Of a stretch of 63,508 nucleotides of DNA, positions 49,865 through 58,156 are shown one piece after another; within the stretch, counting starts at the first letter, position 1, and each line of letters begins with the position of its first letter. Under the pieces are notes generated by a model that had not been told where the DNA came from, did no database searches, and saw nothing but the letters and a program-made list of their open reading frames with translations. The position numbers and the translations under genes are program-made. Origin of the DNA: Bacilli bacterium (lineage in GTDB: Bacteria > Bacillota_I > Bacilli_A > ML615J-28 > CAG-698); assembly GCA_045598145.1 (NCBI GenBank), contig JAZLLM010000001.1, positions 1 to 63,508 of the forward strand, in the 5' to 3' direction.

Positions 49865-51598
49865 CTATTCTACCTTTGTAATAGCTTCAAATGGACATAC
49901 GTTAACACATAATCCACATCCATTACATTGATTAATGTCAATCTTAATAGATCCTTCTTTTAAAGAAATTGCAGGGCAACCCAATTTCATACATTGTTTA
50001 CATTTCTTACATTTATCTGTAACTAATGCTTTACCAACATATTTTACTGTTTTTAATAATGCGCAAGGTCTTTGTGCAATAATTAAAGATGGTTCATCTT
50101 TTTCTGTTTCTTCTTTAACAACACGCTCAAATTCTTTTGTATCAAATGGATCACATACTCTAATACTTTCGATGCCAATTGATTTAGCTAAGCCAATTAA
50201 ATTTAATTGCTTTGTTTCTTCTTTTCTTATAGTATAACCAGTAGTTGGATTATCTTGATGACCTGTCATACCAGTAATAGAATTATCTAAAATAATTACA
50301 GTATTGCAACCCTTATTATAAACGATATCAATTAATCCAGTAATTCCTGAATGTACGAATGTTGAATCACCAATTACTGATACTAATTTCTTATTAAACT
50401 CTTTTCCTCTTGCTTTAGCCATTCCAAATGCAGCTGATACTGATGCACCCATACAAATTGTTGTATCAACAGATGAAAGTGGAGCAGCAGAACCTAATGC
50501 ATAGCAACCGATATCTCCTGAAACAACTAAACCCAATTTTTTAAGTACATAGAATGTTCCTCTATGAGGACATCCAGGACATAATACAGGAGGACGATTT
50601 GGAATTACTTCATCTAATTCAAAATAATTATCTTCACTTATACCTAAAATGACTTTTTTAATCATCTTAGGTGTGTATTCACCTAACATTGTGAATGCTT
50701 CTTTTCCAATTACGTTGATTCCATTAACTTTTAAATGTTCTTCAATGAATGGATCTAGTTCTTCTAATACATAAAGTTTTTCACATTTATTAGCGAACTC
50801 TTTTAATGAATTAACTGGTAATGGATATACCATACCTAATTTAAAGTAATTAACTTTATCTCCTAATGCTTCATGAGCATACATATATGTAATACCATTA
50901 GTGATAACACCAATTTTGCTATTGTTATATTCAACTTTATTTAGCTCTGTTGTTTCAGCATATTCTGTTTCAGCTTTAAATCTATCTTCTACCATAACAT
51001 GCTTTTTAATTGCAAAAGCAGGTACCATTACATTTTTAACTACGTCTTTATTATAATCTTTTAATATATAATTTTCTTTTTCCTCTTCGCTAACTAAACT
51101 TTGTGAATGAGAGACTCTTGTAGATAAACGTACAAATACAGGTGTGTCAAATTTTTCACTCAATTCAAAAGCTTTTTTAACAAATTCTTTACATTCTTTG
51201 CTATCGCTTGGTTCTATCATAAGTGTTTTAGATGCTTTAGCATAATGACGTGAATCTTGCTCATTTTGACTTGAATGCATTCCAGGGTCATCAGCAACGC
51301 AAAATACTAAACCGCCATTTACACCTATATAACTAACTGTAAATAATGGGTCTGCCATTACATTCAATCCAACATGTTTCATACAAGCCATACTTCTTGC
51401 ACCAGCAATACTAGCACCAATTGCAACTTCTGCTGCTACCTTTTCGTTTGGAGCCCATTCAACATTTATATTTTCATATTTTACGATGTTTTCAGTTATT
51501 TCAGTACTTGGAGTACCTGGGTAACTTGATACAACCGTAACTCCGGCTTCGTATGCTCCTCTTGCAACAGCTTCATTTCCTAACATTAATTTTTTCAT
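49865..51598 (-). CDS. iorA: Indolepyruvate:ferredoxin oxidoreductase subunit alpha
   Basis: TPP motif GDSTFVHSG and C-terminal 2x[4Fe-4S] (CKKCKQC...CP, CNGCGLCVNVCP). ATG 51598 follows an AGGTGG SD; the track start is GTG 51610. Confidence 0.9.
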   Translation of the reverse strand: MKKLMLGNEAVARGAYEAGVTVVSSYPGTPSTEITENIVKYENINVEWAPNEKVAAEVAIGASIAGARSMACMKHVGLNVMADPLFTVSYIGVNGGLVFCVADDPGMHSSQNEQDSRHYAKASKTLMIEPSDSKECKEFVKKAFELSEKFDTPVFVRLSTRVSHSQSLVSEEEKENYILKDYNKDVVKNVMVPAFAIKKHVMVEDRFKAETEYAETTELNKVEYNNSKIGVITNGITYMYAHEALGDKVNYFKLGMVYPLPVNSLKEFANKCEKLYVLEELDPFIEEHLKVNGINVIGKEAFTMLGEYTPKMIKKVILGISEDNYFELDEVIPNRPPVLCPGCPHRGTFYVLKKLGLVVSGDIGCYALGSAAPLSSVDTTICMGASVSAAFGMAKARGKEFNKKLVSVIGDSTFVHSGITGLIDIVYNKGCNTVIILDNSITGMTGHQDNPTTGYTIRKEETKQLNLIGLAKSIGIESIRVCDPFDTKEFERVVKEETEKDEPSLIIAQRPCALLKTVKYVGKALVTDKCKKCKQCMKLGCPAISLKEGSIKIDINQCNGCGLCVNVCPFEAITKVE

Positions 51599-51634
51599 AT
51601 TATTTACCACCTATAAAACATTTAGTTTTTTACT

Positions 51635-51643
51635 ATTATATCA
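51635..51643 (-). promoter_or_regulatory. Extended -10 (TGATATAAT) for the iorAB-paaK-ACT operon
   Basis: Minus strand GTGATATAAT lies about 37 nt upstream of the iorA ATG. Confidence 0.45.
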
Positions 51644-51722
51644 CAACAAATAAGAAAATAAACAAAAAATATAAATATTTATCGTTTTCATAATATATTA
51701 AAAAAGATAAAGTCTTTAAACT

Positions 51723-52610
51723 TTACCCTTTTATAGAAAATGTATATGATACATAATTACCATTCTTATATTCTAATGTGTAAACATAAATTTTATTAAC
51801 TTCTATATCAACACTTAGTCTTTTAAACCATTTCTTTTCATATAACACTTCTTCATTGCTTAGTTCACTATTAAAATCATATGACTTTAAAGTGAATTTT
51901 TTAAATCTATGACTTAGTTTAATATTTTCAGTATCAAAGTTTATTTTAAAACTTGAATTTAAATCATAAGTGGAAGTAGAATTTTCATTTAATTCATATA
52001 TATCAGCATCCTCAAATGATTTATTATTCCATTTATAATTAGCTCTCATTAGTCCTTGCATTCCAAAATATTCTTTATAAGAATTACTTGATTTCTTTTC
52101 AATTAAAGAAATACTTAAATTATCGGGATTAATAAGAAACTTATCAATATTTCCCATTACTTCAATACCGCACAAATCATAGAAATAGATAGCGCATTTA
52201 TTAAAAATTCTTCCCGGTGATGCATTTTTACCTATTGAAGTTATAGTTTTTCCGCTATCAAAACTAATCTCTAAATTCCAACCGCCACCATCAATTATTT
52301 TCATTAAAGTATTATATTCATCCTTTATTCTAAGCAATCCACATTTATTAATTCCATTAATAAAAGTGGTTTCAGCATCCTCTTCAAACATTCCTTCACT
52401 AATTATCCTATTACTTTCTTCATGCCCTGGTAAATAACCTTCAATTTTGTATTTATTATCAATAAAATTGAATATATAACTTGTAGTATAACCTCCATTA
52501 TAATCAATTTCTTTGTATACTAGCTTTTCAATTTTATCTCCTTTATAGGTTGCACAAGAACATAATAAAATTATAAATGTTAAACATAATAATAGATGTA
52601 TTTTTTTCAT
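51723..52610 (-). CDS. Lipoprotein of unknown function (last gene of the ECF-serpin operon)
   Basis: Lipobox ILLCSC. No recognisable family. Lies 12 nt after the serpin stop. Confidence 0.65.
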   Translation of the reverse strand: MKKIHLLLCLTFIILLCSCATYKGDKIEKLVYKEIDYNGGYTTSYIFNFIDNKYKIEGYLPGHEESNRIISEGMFEEDAETTFINGINKCGLLRIKDEYNTLMKIIDGGGWNLEISFDSGKTITSIGKNASPGRIFNKCAIYFYDLCGIEVMGNIDKFLINPDNLSISLIEKKSSNSYKEYFGMQGLMRANYKWNNKSFEDADIYELNENSTSTYDLNSSFKINFDTENIKLSHRFKKFTLKSYDFNSELSNEEVLYEKKWFKRLSVDIEVNKIYVYTLEYKNGNYVSYTFSIKG

Positions 52611-52622
52611 TTGTTATATCCT

Positions 52623-53870
52623 TTAATTTATAGGATTATAAATTATACCCATAAATAATATAACATCATTTGAATCAGTAATATAATAAATAAAAGGTTT
52701 ATTTAAATTCATATATAAACATGGACTAGCTTCTTCTGCTTTGGCTCCACCAAATGTTATAGCTGCTGCTTTGGCTCCTTCTTCATCTAATTCGATACCG
52801 CAAATTTGATCAATATATTCAAAATATAATCTTTCATCGCTAATTTTGCTTAAATTACATTCATTTGCATCAAATAATGATTCCAATCCTAAATCAATTA
52901 AATTATCTCTTAATGTATATTTTAATTGATATTTAAATTTAGGCAGTGAATAATTAATTGATGTTTTTTCAAAATTAGTTTTACCAGCTAATAATAAATA
53001 AAATTGATCTTCTTTAAATATATCTTCTACTGTGTATCCTTCGTTTGGTAAAACATAGGTAATTTTATTGTTATTATTAAAATAATCGCAAGCTAAAGTA
53101 AAATGTTCTCCTAAAAAATATTCACCATAAATTTCATGATGCATGAAATCTGCGCTTACATCTCCATTATAACTATAGAAAGTAGAAGCATATGTATTAT
53201 TTTTTAAATACTTGCTTTGCCATTTGTTATTAAAATATATACTATTTACTAAAAATAAAACAACATCGGTTAAATCAAAATCGTCTTCTTTTACATTTAG
53301 AAAATCGAATGTATTATTATTCATCCATTTAAGAATATTTTTCTTTGTTTCAGAATCAAATGCTGCACGGAATATATCAGCTTTATAATCATTACATAAA
53401 GTATTTACATATTCATCTTTAAATGACATATTTTTATGTAGCCATATAGAATTAGCAATTCTAAGTTTTCCTCCATCATTATCATATTCATTATTCAAAA
53501 TGGTGTTTTTGATACCATTTCGCAAAGTATTTACATCACAATATAAAACATTGTTTAGCTCTGATAGAGTTACTCCATCTGCACCTTCAGCAATCATTGA
53601 AAGAGCAATAAGTAAACTAATTGGTGAGTATATTTGATTATTTTTCTTGTTGTTAAATATATTTAAAGATGTCTTATATGCAAAAGTATTAAATAGATTT
53701 ACATAATTTGCTTCAACATTATATTCTTCTTTTGCGCTTGCCTTATGCTCTACCTTATTTACTATTTCAAAATTCTTAGTTTCTTTAATTTTGTTGCTTG
53801 AACAAGAACATAAAGAAAAACTAAAAAATATGGTAAGTATAATTATTAAAAGTATTCTATTTATTTTCAT
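52623..53870 (-). CDS. Serpin-family protease inhibitor, lipoprotein-anchored
   Basis: Lipobox SFSLCSC. Hinge/RCL DEEGAKAAAITFGG..., then NKPFIYYI and the C-terminal LFMGIIYNP serpin signature. Confidence 0.88.
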   Translation of the reverse strand: MKINRILLIIILTIFFSFSLCSCSSNKIKETKNFEIVNKVEHKASAKEEYNVEANYVNLFNTFAYKTSLNIFNNKKNNQIYSPISLLIALSMIAEGADGVTLSELNNVLYCDVNTLRNGIKNTILNNEYDNDGGKLRIANSIWLHKNMSFKDEYVNTLCNDYKADIFRAAFDSETKKNILKWMNNNTFDFLNVKEDDFDLTDVVLFLVNSIYFNNKWQSKYLKNNTYASTFYSYNGDVSADFMHHEIYGEYFLGEHFTLACDYFNNNNKITYVLPNEGYTVEDIFKEDQFYLLLAGKTNFEKTSINYSLPKFKYQLKYTLRDNLIDLGLESLFDANECNLSKISDERLYFEYIDQICGIELDEEGAKAAAITFGGAKAEEASPCLYMNLNKPFIYYITDSNDVILFMGIIYNPIN

Positions 53871-54387
53871 TTGCTTCTATAACCTCCTCTTCGCTTAATA
53901 TTAACTCTCGTTCATTAACATTAGCTACAAAATAATTTCCTTTCTCTAAATATACTATATCAAATTCTTCAATATTTATTTGATAAACATTAGTAAAAGC
54001 AGAAGCGATTTGAGCAGTATATAATGGTGAATATGGTTCTAAACTACCATCATGTTGAAATTCTTCATCGTTATAAACTTTAATTCCTTTGATTACATTA
54101 GTACTTCCATCTATTTCAACTTTTTTTTCTAGTGAAGATGGCTCAGGTTCTTCTGCTTTTGGATTATTAGCTTTATTAATATTTGGTAATAAAATCATAG
54201 CAAATCCGAAAGCGATAATTAATATACAAGCAAAAGATAAACCTATTCTCTTAAAAGCTAAAGTAAAGCTTTTCTTATGAACAGTTTTATATACAATTTT
54301 ATTTTTAATCAAATCAAAATTTGGCTCATATTCACAATTTTCATTGATTTTTTGAATTAGTTTCTCTTCTTTTTCCATATTCTTCAC
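53857..54387 (-). CDS. Putative anti-sigma factor (single-pass membrane protein)
   Basis: Starts immediately after the sigma-factor stop. Short cytoplasmic N-terminus, one TM helix (LSFACILIIAFGFAMILL) and an extracellular domain of about 100 aa. No ZAS motif. Confidence 0.6.
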   Translation of the reverse strand: MKNMEKEEKLIQKINENCEYEPNFDLIKNKIVYKTVHKKSFTLAFKRIGLSFACILIIAFGFAMILLPNINKANNPKAEEPEPSSLEKKVEIDGSTNVIKGIKVYNDEEFQHDGSLEPYSPLYTAQIASAFTNVYQINIEEFDIVYLEKGNYFVANVNERELILSEEEVIEANENK

Positions 54388-54909
54388 CTATTGCTTTACT
54401 TTTTCAAGTGCACGATAATATTTAGTTTTAATAGTATTAGCACTTTTATTATTTCTTTTACCTATTTCTTCAAACGTATCACCAAATATTATATGGCATA
54501 TAACAATATTAACTTCTTCGTCATCAAGTACTTTTTTTAATAATTCAATCATTTGATGTAAGTTACTTGTGTGGTCACTTAAATCTTCATAAATATAATT
54601 ATCATCGCTTACGATATCTAATCTCTTTTTATTAATAAAATTCAATGCCATATTTTTAGCACTTACTACTATATAGTATTTAATATTTTTCTCTTCAACC
54701 AATGTTTCTCTCTTATTAAATATAGAAAGAAAAGTCTCACTAACTAAGTCCTCAGTATCATTATAATTTTTAACTATTTCATTAATGCACGTAAAAGCTA
54801 ATTTAGCATATTTATAATAAATACCTTCGAAGCCCTCTTCTTGAATTTCTCGGTTTTTAGATTTTAATTTTTTAATTAATATATTGTCAGGTAAAAATAC
54901 ATTATTCAT
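54388..54909 (-). CDS. ECF-type sigma-70 family RNA polymerase sigma factor
   Basis: Regions 2 and 4 are recognisable (…DLVSETFLSIF…, …FEEIGKRNNKSANTIKTKYYRALEKV). 173 aa. Confidence 0.85.
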   Translation of the reverse strand: MNNVFLPDNILIKKLKSKNREIQEEGFEGIYYKYAKLAFTCINEIVKNYNDTEDLVSETFLSIFNKRETLVEEKNIKYYIVVSAKNMALNFINKKRLDIVSDDNYIYEDLSDHTSNLHQMIELLKKVLDDEEVNIVICHIIFGDTFEEIGKRNNKSANTIKTKYYRALEKVKQ

Positions 54910-54935
54910 AGCTCACCAACATCTTTAACGTATTT

Positions 54936-54964
54936 ATTATAACAAATAATTATGAAAAATCCAA
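54936..54964 (-). promoter_or_regulatory. Sigma-A-type promoter of the ECF operon
   Basis: Minus strand TTGGAT (54964-54959), 17 nt, TATAAT (54941-54936), with TGT extended -10. Confidence 0.55.
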
Positions 54965-55011
54965 CTATATTCATATAATAATACAACTATATAGTCAATA
55001 TAGTTTCAAAA

Positions 55012-55034
55012 AAGAGTGCAAAAAATGCACTCTT
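55012..55034 (-). terminator. Intrinsic terminator after the 381-aa lipoprotein gene
   Basis: AAGAGTGCA-ttttt-TGCACTCTT plus TTTT on the minus strand. Confidence 0.8.
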
Positions 55035-55038
55035 TTAT

Positions 55039-56184
55039 TTATTCAGGTATTTCTACATCAAATGATGAGATATTGCTTGTAAATTCAGAAACTTGTTCAG
55101 AAATGCTCTCACCATTACCTGTTGCGAAAACTAATTTAGTTACTGGATCTTGATAGAATACCATTTTGTATTCGTAATCTGTTCCTTCTTCAAATGTAAT
55201 AACTAACTTATCACATGTTACACCAGCTATAACTTCTGTTCCTTCTTTAATACCTTTTAAAGCTTCTTTTGCTCTATTGAAAACAAATCCTAAATATTCA
55301 TTATATACTGAATCAGGTGTGAAATATTCAGATTCAAATGCTAATTCCCAATCTTGAGATTCATATTTTGTATATACTTTAGTTGAAGCGCTTGAGAAAT
55401 CAAAGAACAATTCAGTTCCGTTATTATAATATAATTTTGAACCAATCTTAATTGCAGTTACATCATCAAATACAATTTTAAAGTTTTCAGGAATATAATC
55501 AACTAAATCCATAGCTTCTGGTAATTTAATTGGTTCGATACCAACTTTTAATTCTTTTACTTCAAATCCTACACTAGCACTCTCTGTACCAACTTGGCTA
55601 CTTGCTTCCCACTTCATACAGATACCTGTTTCTTGATCTAAATAGTAAATATAGCCAAATGAATACATACCTAAATTGCTATATCCATATTGGTATTTGT
55701 CACAAGTTCTACCAGCAATTTTAGCAGTTCCGTCTTTTTTCATATTAGAACCATAACTGTAACCTAATAATAAATAAGTATTATAAATTGTTGTAAGTGA
55801 AGATAAAGAACCATCTGTATCAGTCATACGTCTTTCATAAGTCCATTCTCCATCAGAATAGTTCCAAATATAAATTAAATCATCTGAAACTCTAAAAGCA
55901 GCTCCGCTATCTCCAGAAATATACCATGAATATTCACCGCTAGCACCAATTGTCATTTCATCATCTTCACCAGAACCTTCAGAATCATAAACTACATAAA
56001 TAGCTTGATATCCTTTTTCAATTGCTAATTTTTTTAATTTTTCGTTTTCTTCATCATATGTAGTTTCTAGACTTTCTCCCTCTTCATCATCATTACCACC
56101 ATCGTCAATGATTCCGCTTAAATCACAAGCACACAATGAAAAAATCATTACTACACTCAAAAATAAATAAAATATTTTTTTCAT
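55039..56184 (-). CDS. Lipoprotein of unknown function with an acidic linker and two internally similar halves
   Basis: Lipobox IFSLCAC followed by a D/E-rich linker. Repeated motif IAGRTCDKYQY / IAGVTCDKLVI. A LolA/DUF4367-like fold is only a guess. Confidence 0.6.
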   Translation of the reverse strand: MKKIFYLFLSVVMIFSLCACDLSGIIDDGGNDDEEGESLETTYDEENEKLKKLAIEKGYQAIYVVYDSEGSGEDDEMTIGASGEYSWYISGDSGAAFRVSDDLIYIWNYSDGEWTYERRMTDTDGSLSSLTTIYNTYLLLGYSYGSNMKKDGTAKIAGRTCDKYQYGYSNLGMYSFGYIYYLDQETGICMKWEASSQVGTESASVGFEVKELKVGIEPIKLPEAMDLVDYIPENFKIVFDDVTAIKIGSKLYYNNGTELFFDFSSASTKVYTKYESQDWELAFESEYFTPDSVYNEYLGFVFNRAKEALKGIKEGTEVIAGVTCDKLVITFEEGTDYEYKMVFYQDPVTKLVFATGNGESISEQVSEFTSNISSFDVEIPE

Positions 56185-56270
56185 TTTTCTCCTCCCTTGA
56201 AATTTTATGGCAATTTCAAATACTGCTACATTTTAACATAATGCTATTATTATTTAAACAATAAATGTAC

Positions 56271-56298
56271 AAAAAAATAAAAAATGGCCATACGGCCA
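56271..56298 (-). terminator. Second (backup) terminator downstream of hydA
   Basis: Minus strand TGGCC-gtat-GGCCA followed by TTTTTTATTTTTTT. Confidence 0.5.
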
Positions 56299-56330
56299 CC
56301 ATAAATAATACATTATATTATTTGATATAA

Positions 56331-56358
56331 AAACAAAAAACTGAGGTTTCCCTCAGTT
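56331..56358 (-). terminator. Intrinsic terminator of the hydrogenase operon
   Basis: Minus strand AACTGAGG-gaaa-CCTCAGTT plus TTTTTGTTTTT, 12 nt after the hydA stop. Confidence 0.85.
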
Positions 56359-56369
56359 TATTGTTTATA

Positions 56370-58145
56370 TTATTTATTATACATTGTTCTCTTATGATAA
56401 TGAGTATGTAATAAATGATGTGCAAGTTCACTATTAGGTTCGCCTAAGAATTCCTTATATAAATCTAAAACGAATTGGTTTTCATGACTCTTTCTTAATT
56501 CATTACCTTTATCCATATCATATAAAACTTGTCCACGAATAGCTCTAATATCAATTGTTTCTGCTTCATATGAAGGGACGATTGGTTGACCACCGCCATT
56601 TACACATCCACCTGTACAACCCATAAATTCTACAAATGCATATTTACCTGGATTAGCTTCAATACGTTTCATCATTTCAGGAACGTTTACAGCACCATGA
56701 ACAACAGCAACTGTTAATTCATGACCAGCAATTGTCATAGTAGCTTCCTTAATGTCTTCAGTTACACCACGTAATGGAGTAATATCAACTTCTTTACTAT
56801 CAGTTTTTTCTAATACGTCTTTAACTGTTCTTAATGCAGCTTCCATAACACCACCTGTTGCACCGAAAATAACAGCAGCGCCAGTGTATTTAGCCATTGG
56901 AGAAGTTGGAGTATAATCTTCTAAAGCATTGAAATTAATATCTTCTTTCTTAATCCAACGAGCAAGTTCACGTGTAGTTAATACTACATCGATATCTCTT
57001 AATCCATCAGATTCCATTTCTTCTCTCTTAGCTTCTGATTTCTTACAAGAACATGGCATAATAGAAATAACTTTTACTTTATTAGGATCTAATCCTTGTT
57101 TCTTTGCATAATAATGTTTGATTAAAGCACCTTGAATTTGTTGAGGTGATTTAGTAGTTGATAGATGATCTAACATATTAGGATAATATGTTTCAATATA
57201 TCTAATCCAACCAGGTGAGCATGATGTAAACATTGGAAGAACAGCTTCTTCACCAGCTAAATATTTATTTAATCTACCAATAAATTCTGTGCCTTCTTCC
57301 ATGATAGTAACGTCAGCAGCAAAGTTAACGTCTGTAATATCATCAATACCTAATTTATTTAATGCAGCATAAATCTTGCCTTCGACATTTTCTCCACGTT
57401 TGTTACCAAATTCTTCGCCTAATGCAGCTCTAACAGCTGGAGCAATACATGCAACTGTATAGATATCTGGATTTTCAACATATGCTTGAGCTTCTTCAAT
57501 ACCATCTTTTTCTTTTAATGCGCCTGTAGGACAAGCTTGAATACATTTACCACAATAAATACATCCTGCATCTTCAATTGGATGGTTTAAAGCAGGTCCA
57601 ACAAAAGTTGATGAACCACGGAAGTTATAATTTAAAACTCCAGTTCCTGCTTGTTTTTGACAAGCACTAATACATCTTCCGCATAATACACACTTAGAAG
57701 AATCGATAACTAATGCATCGCCAATATTTGTAACTTGTTCTTTCTTAGAGAATACTGGGTCTTCGCCAATCTTATTATCAATATTAAATCTACGTAATAA
57801 TCTTAATAATTCACAATTATTTTCTCTAGGACATTTCCAACATTCAAATCTATGATTACCAGCAATTAATTGTAAGTTTTGTTTAACAGCACTTAATACT
57901 CTAGGAGTATTTGTTTTAACAACCATGCCATCATTAACTGTAACTGTACAAGAATTCTTTAATGTTCTAATTCCTTCAATTTCAACAACGCATAAACGAC
58001 ATGAAGAATTTTCATTTAAACCTTTTAAGAAGCAAAGACGTGGAATATCAACGCCTGCAGCACGTGCAGCTTCCATAACAGTATAATTACTAGGAACTTC
58101 TACTGTTTTACCATTAACAGTAACATTTACCATTTTCATTTCCAT
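56370..58145 (-). CDS. hydA: [FeFe] hydrogenase catalytic subunit (M3 architecture; HydA/HndD type) with variant H-cluster motifs
   Basis: N-terminal 2Fe-2S, His-ligated and 2x[4Fe-4S] domains. H-domain motifs are TSCSPGW (L1), MPCSCKKSE (L2) and EFMGCTGGCVNGGGQP (L3). Confidence 0.92.
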   Translation of the reverse strand: MEMKMVNVTVNGKTVEVPSNYTVMEAARAAGVDIPRLCFLKGLNENSSCRLCVVEIEGIRTLKNSCTVTVNDGMVVKTNTPRVLSAVKQNLQLIAGNHRFECWKCPRENNCELLRLLRRFNIDNKIGEDPVFSKKEQVTNIGDALVIDSSKCVLCGRCISACQKQAGTGVLNYNFRGSSTFVGPALNHPIEDAGCIYCGKCIQACPTGALKEKDGIEEAQAYVENPDIYTVACIAPAVRAALGEEFGNKRGENVEGKIYAALNKLGIDDITDVNFAADVTIMEEGTEFIGRLNKYLAGEEAVLPMFTSCSPGWIRYIETYYPNMLDHLSTTKSPQQIQGALIKHYYAKKQGLDPNKVKVISIMPCSCKKSEAKREEMESDGLRDIDVVLTTRELARWIKKEDINFNALEDYTPTSPMAKYTGAAVIFGATGGVMEAALRTVKDVLEKTDSKEVDITPLRGVTEDIKEATMTIAGHELTVAVVHGAVNVPEMMKRIEANPGKYAFVEFMGCTGGCVNGGGQPIVPSYEAETIDIRAIRGQVLYDMDKGNELRKSHENQFVLDLYKEFLGEPNSELAHHLLHTHYHKRTMYNK

Positions 58146-58156
58146 ATGTTTGCCTC

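Noticed and set aside
33081-56184. Mobile elements, prophage remnants, CRISPR arrays, toxin-antitoxin or known defence systems in the accessory half of the window.
   Set aside because: I could recognise no integrase, transposase, recombinase, Cas, restriction-modification, abortive-infection or TA-like genes. There are no direct repeats flanking a block and no spacer-repeat periodicity. The accessory genes look metabolic or envelope-related.
56370-58145. Whether the variant L1 motif means this hydrogenase is a sensory HydS-type protein rather than a catalytic subunit.
   Set aside because: It lacks the C-terminal PAS/extra Fe-S extension of HydS-type proteins and has the full M3 N-terminal cluster domains. 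It is the terminal gene of a nuoE-like/nuoF-like operon. The catalytic HydA assignment is retained and the motif variation is reported separately.
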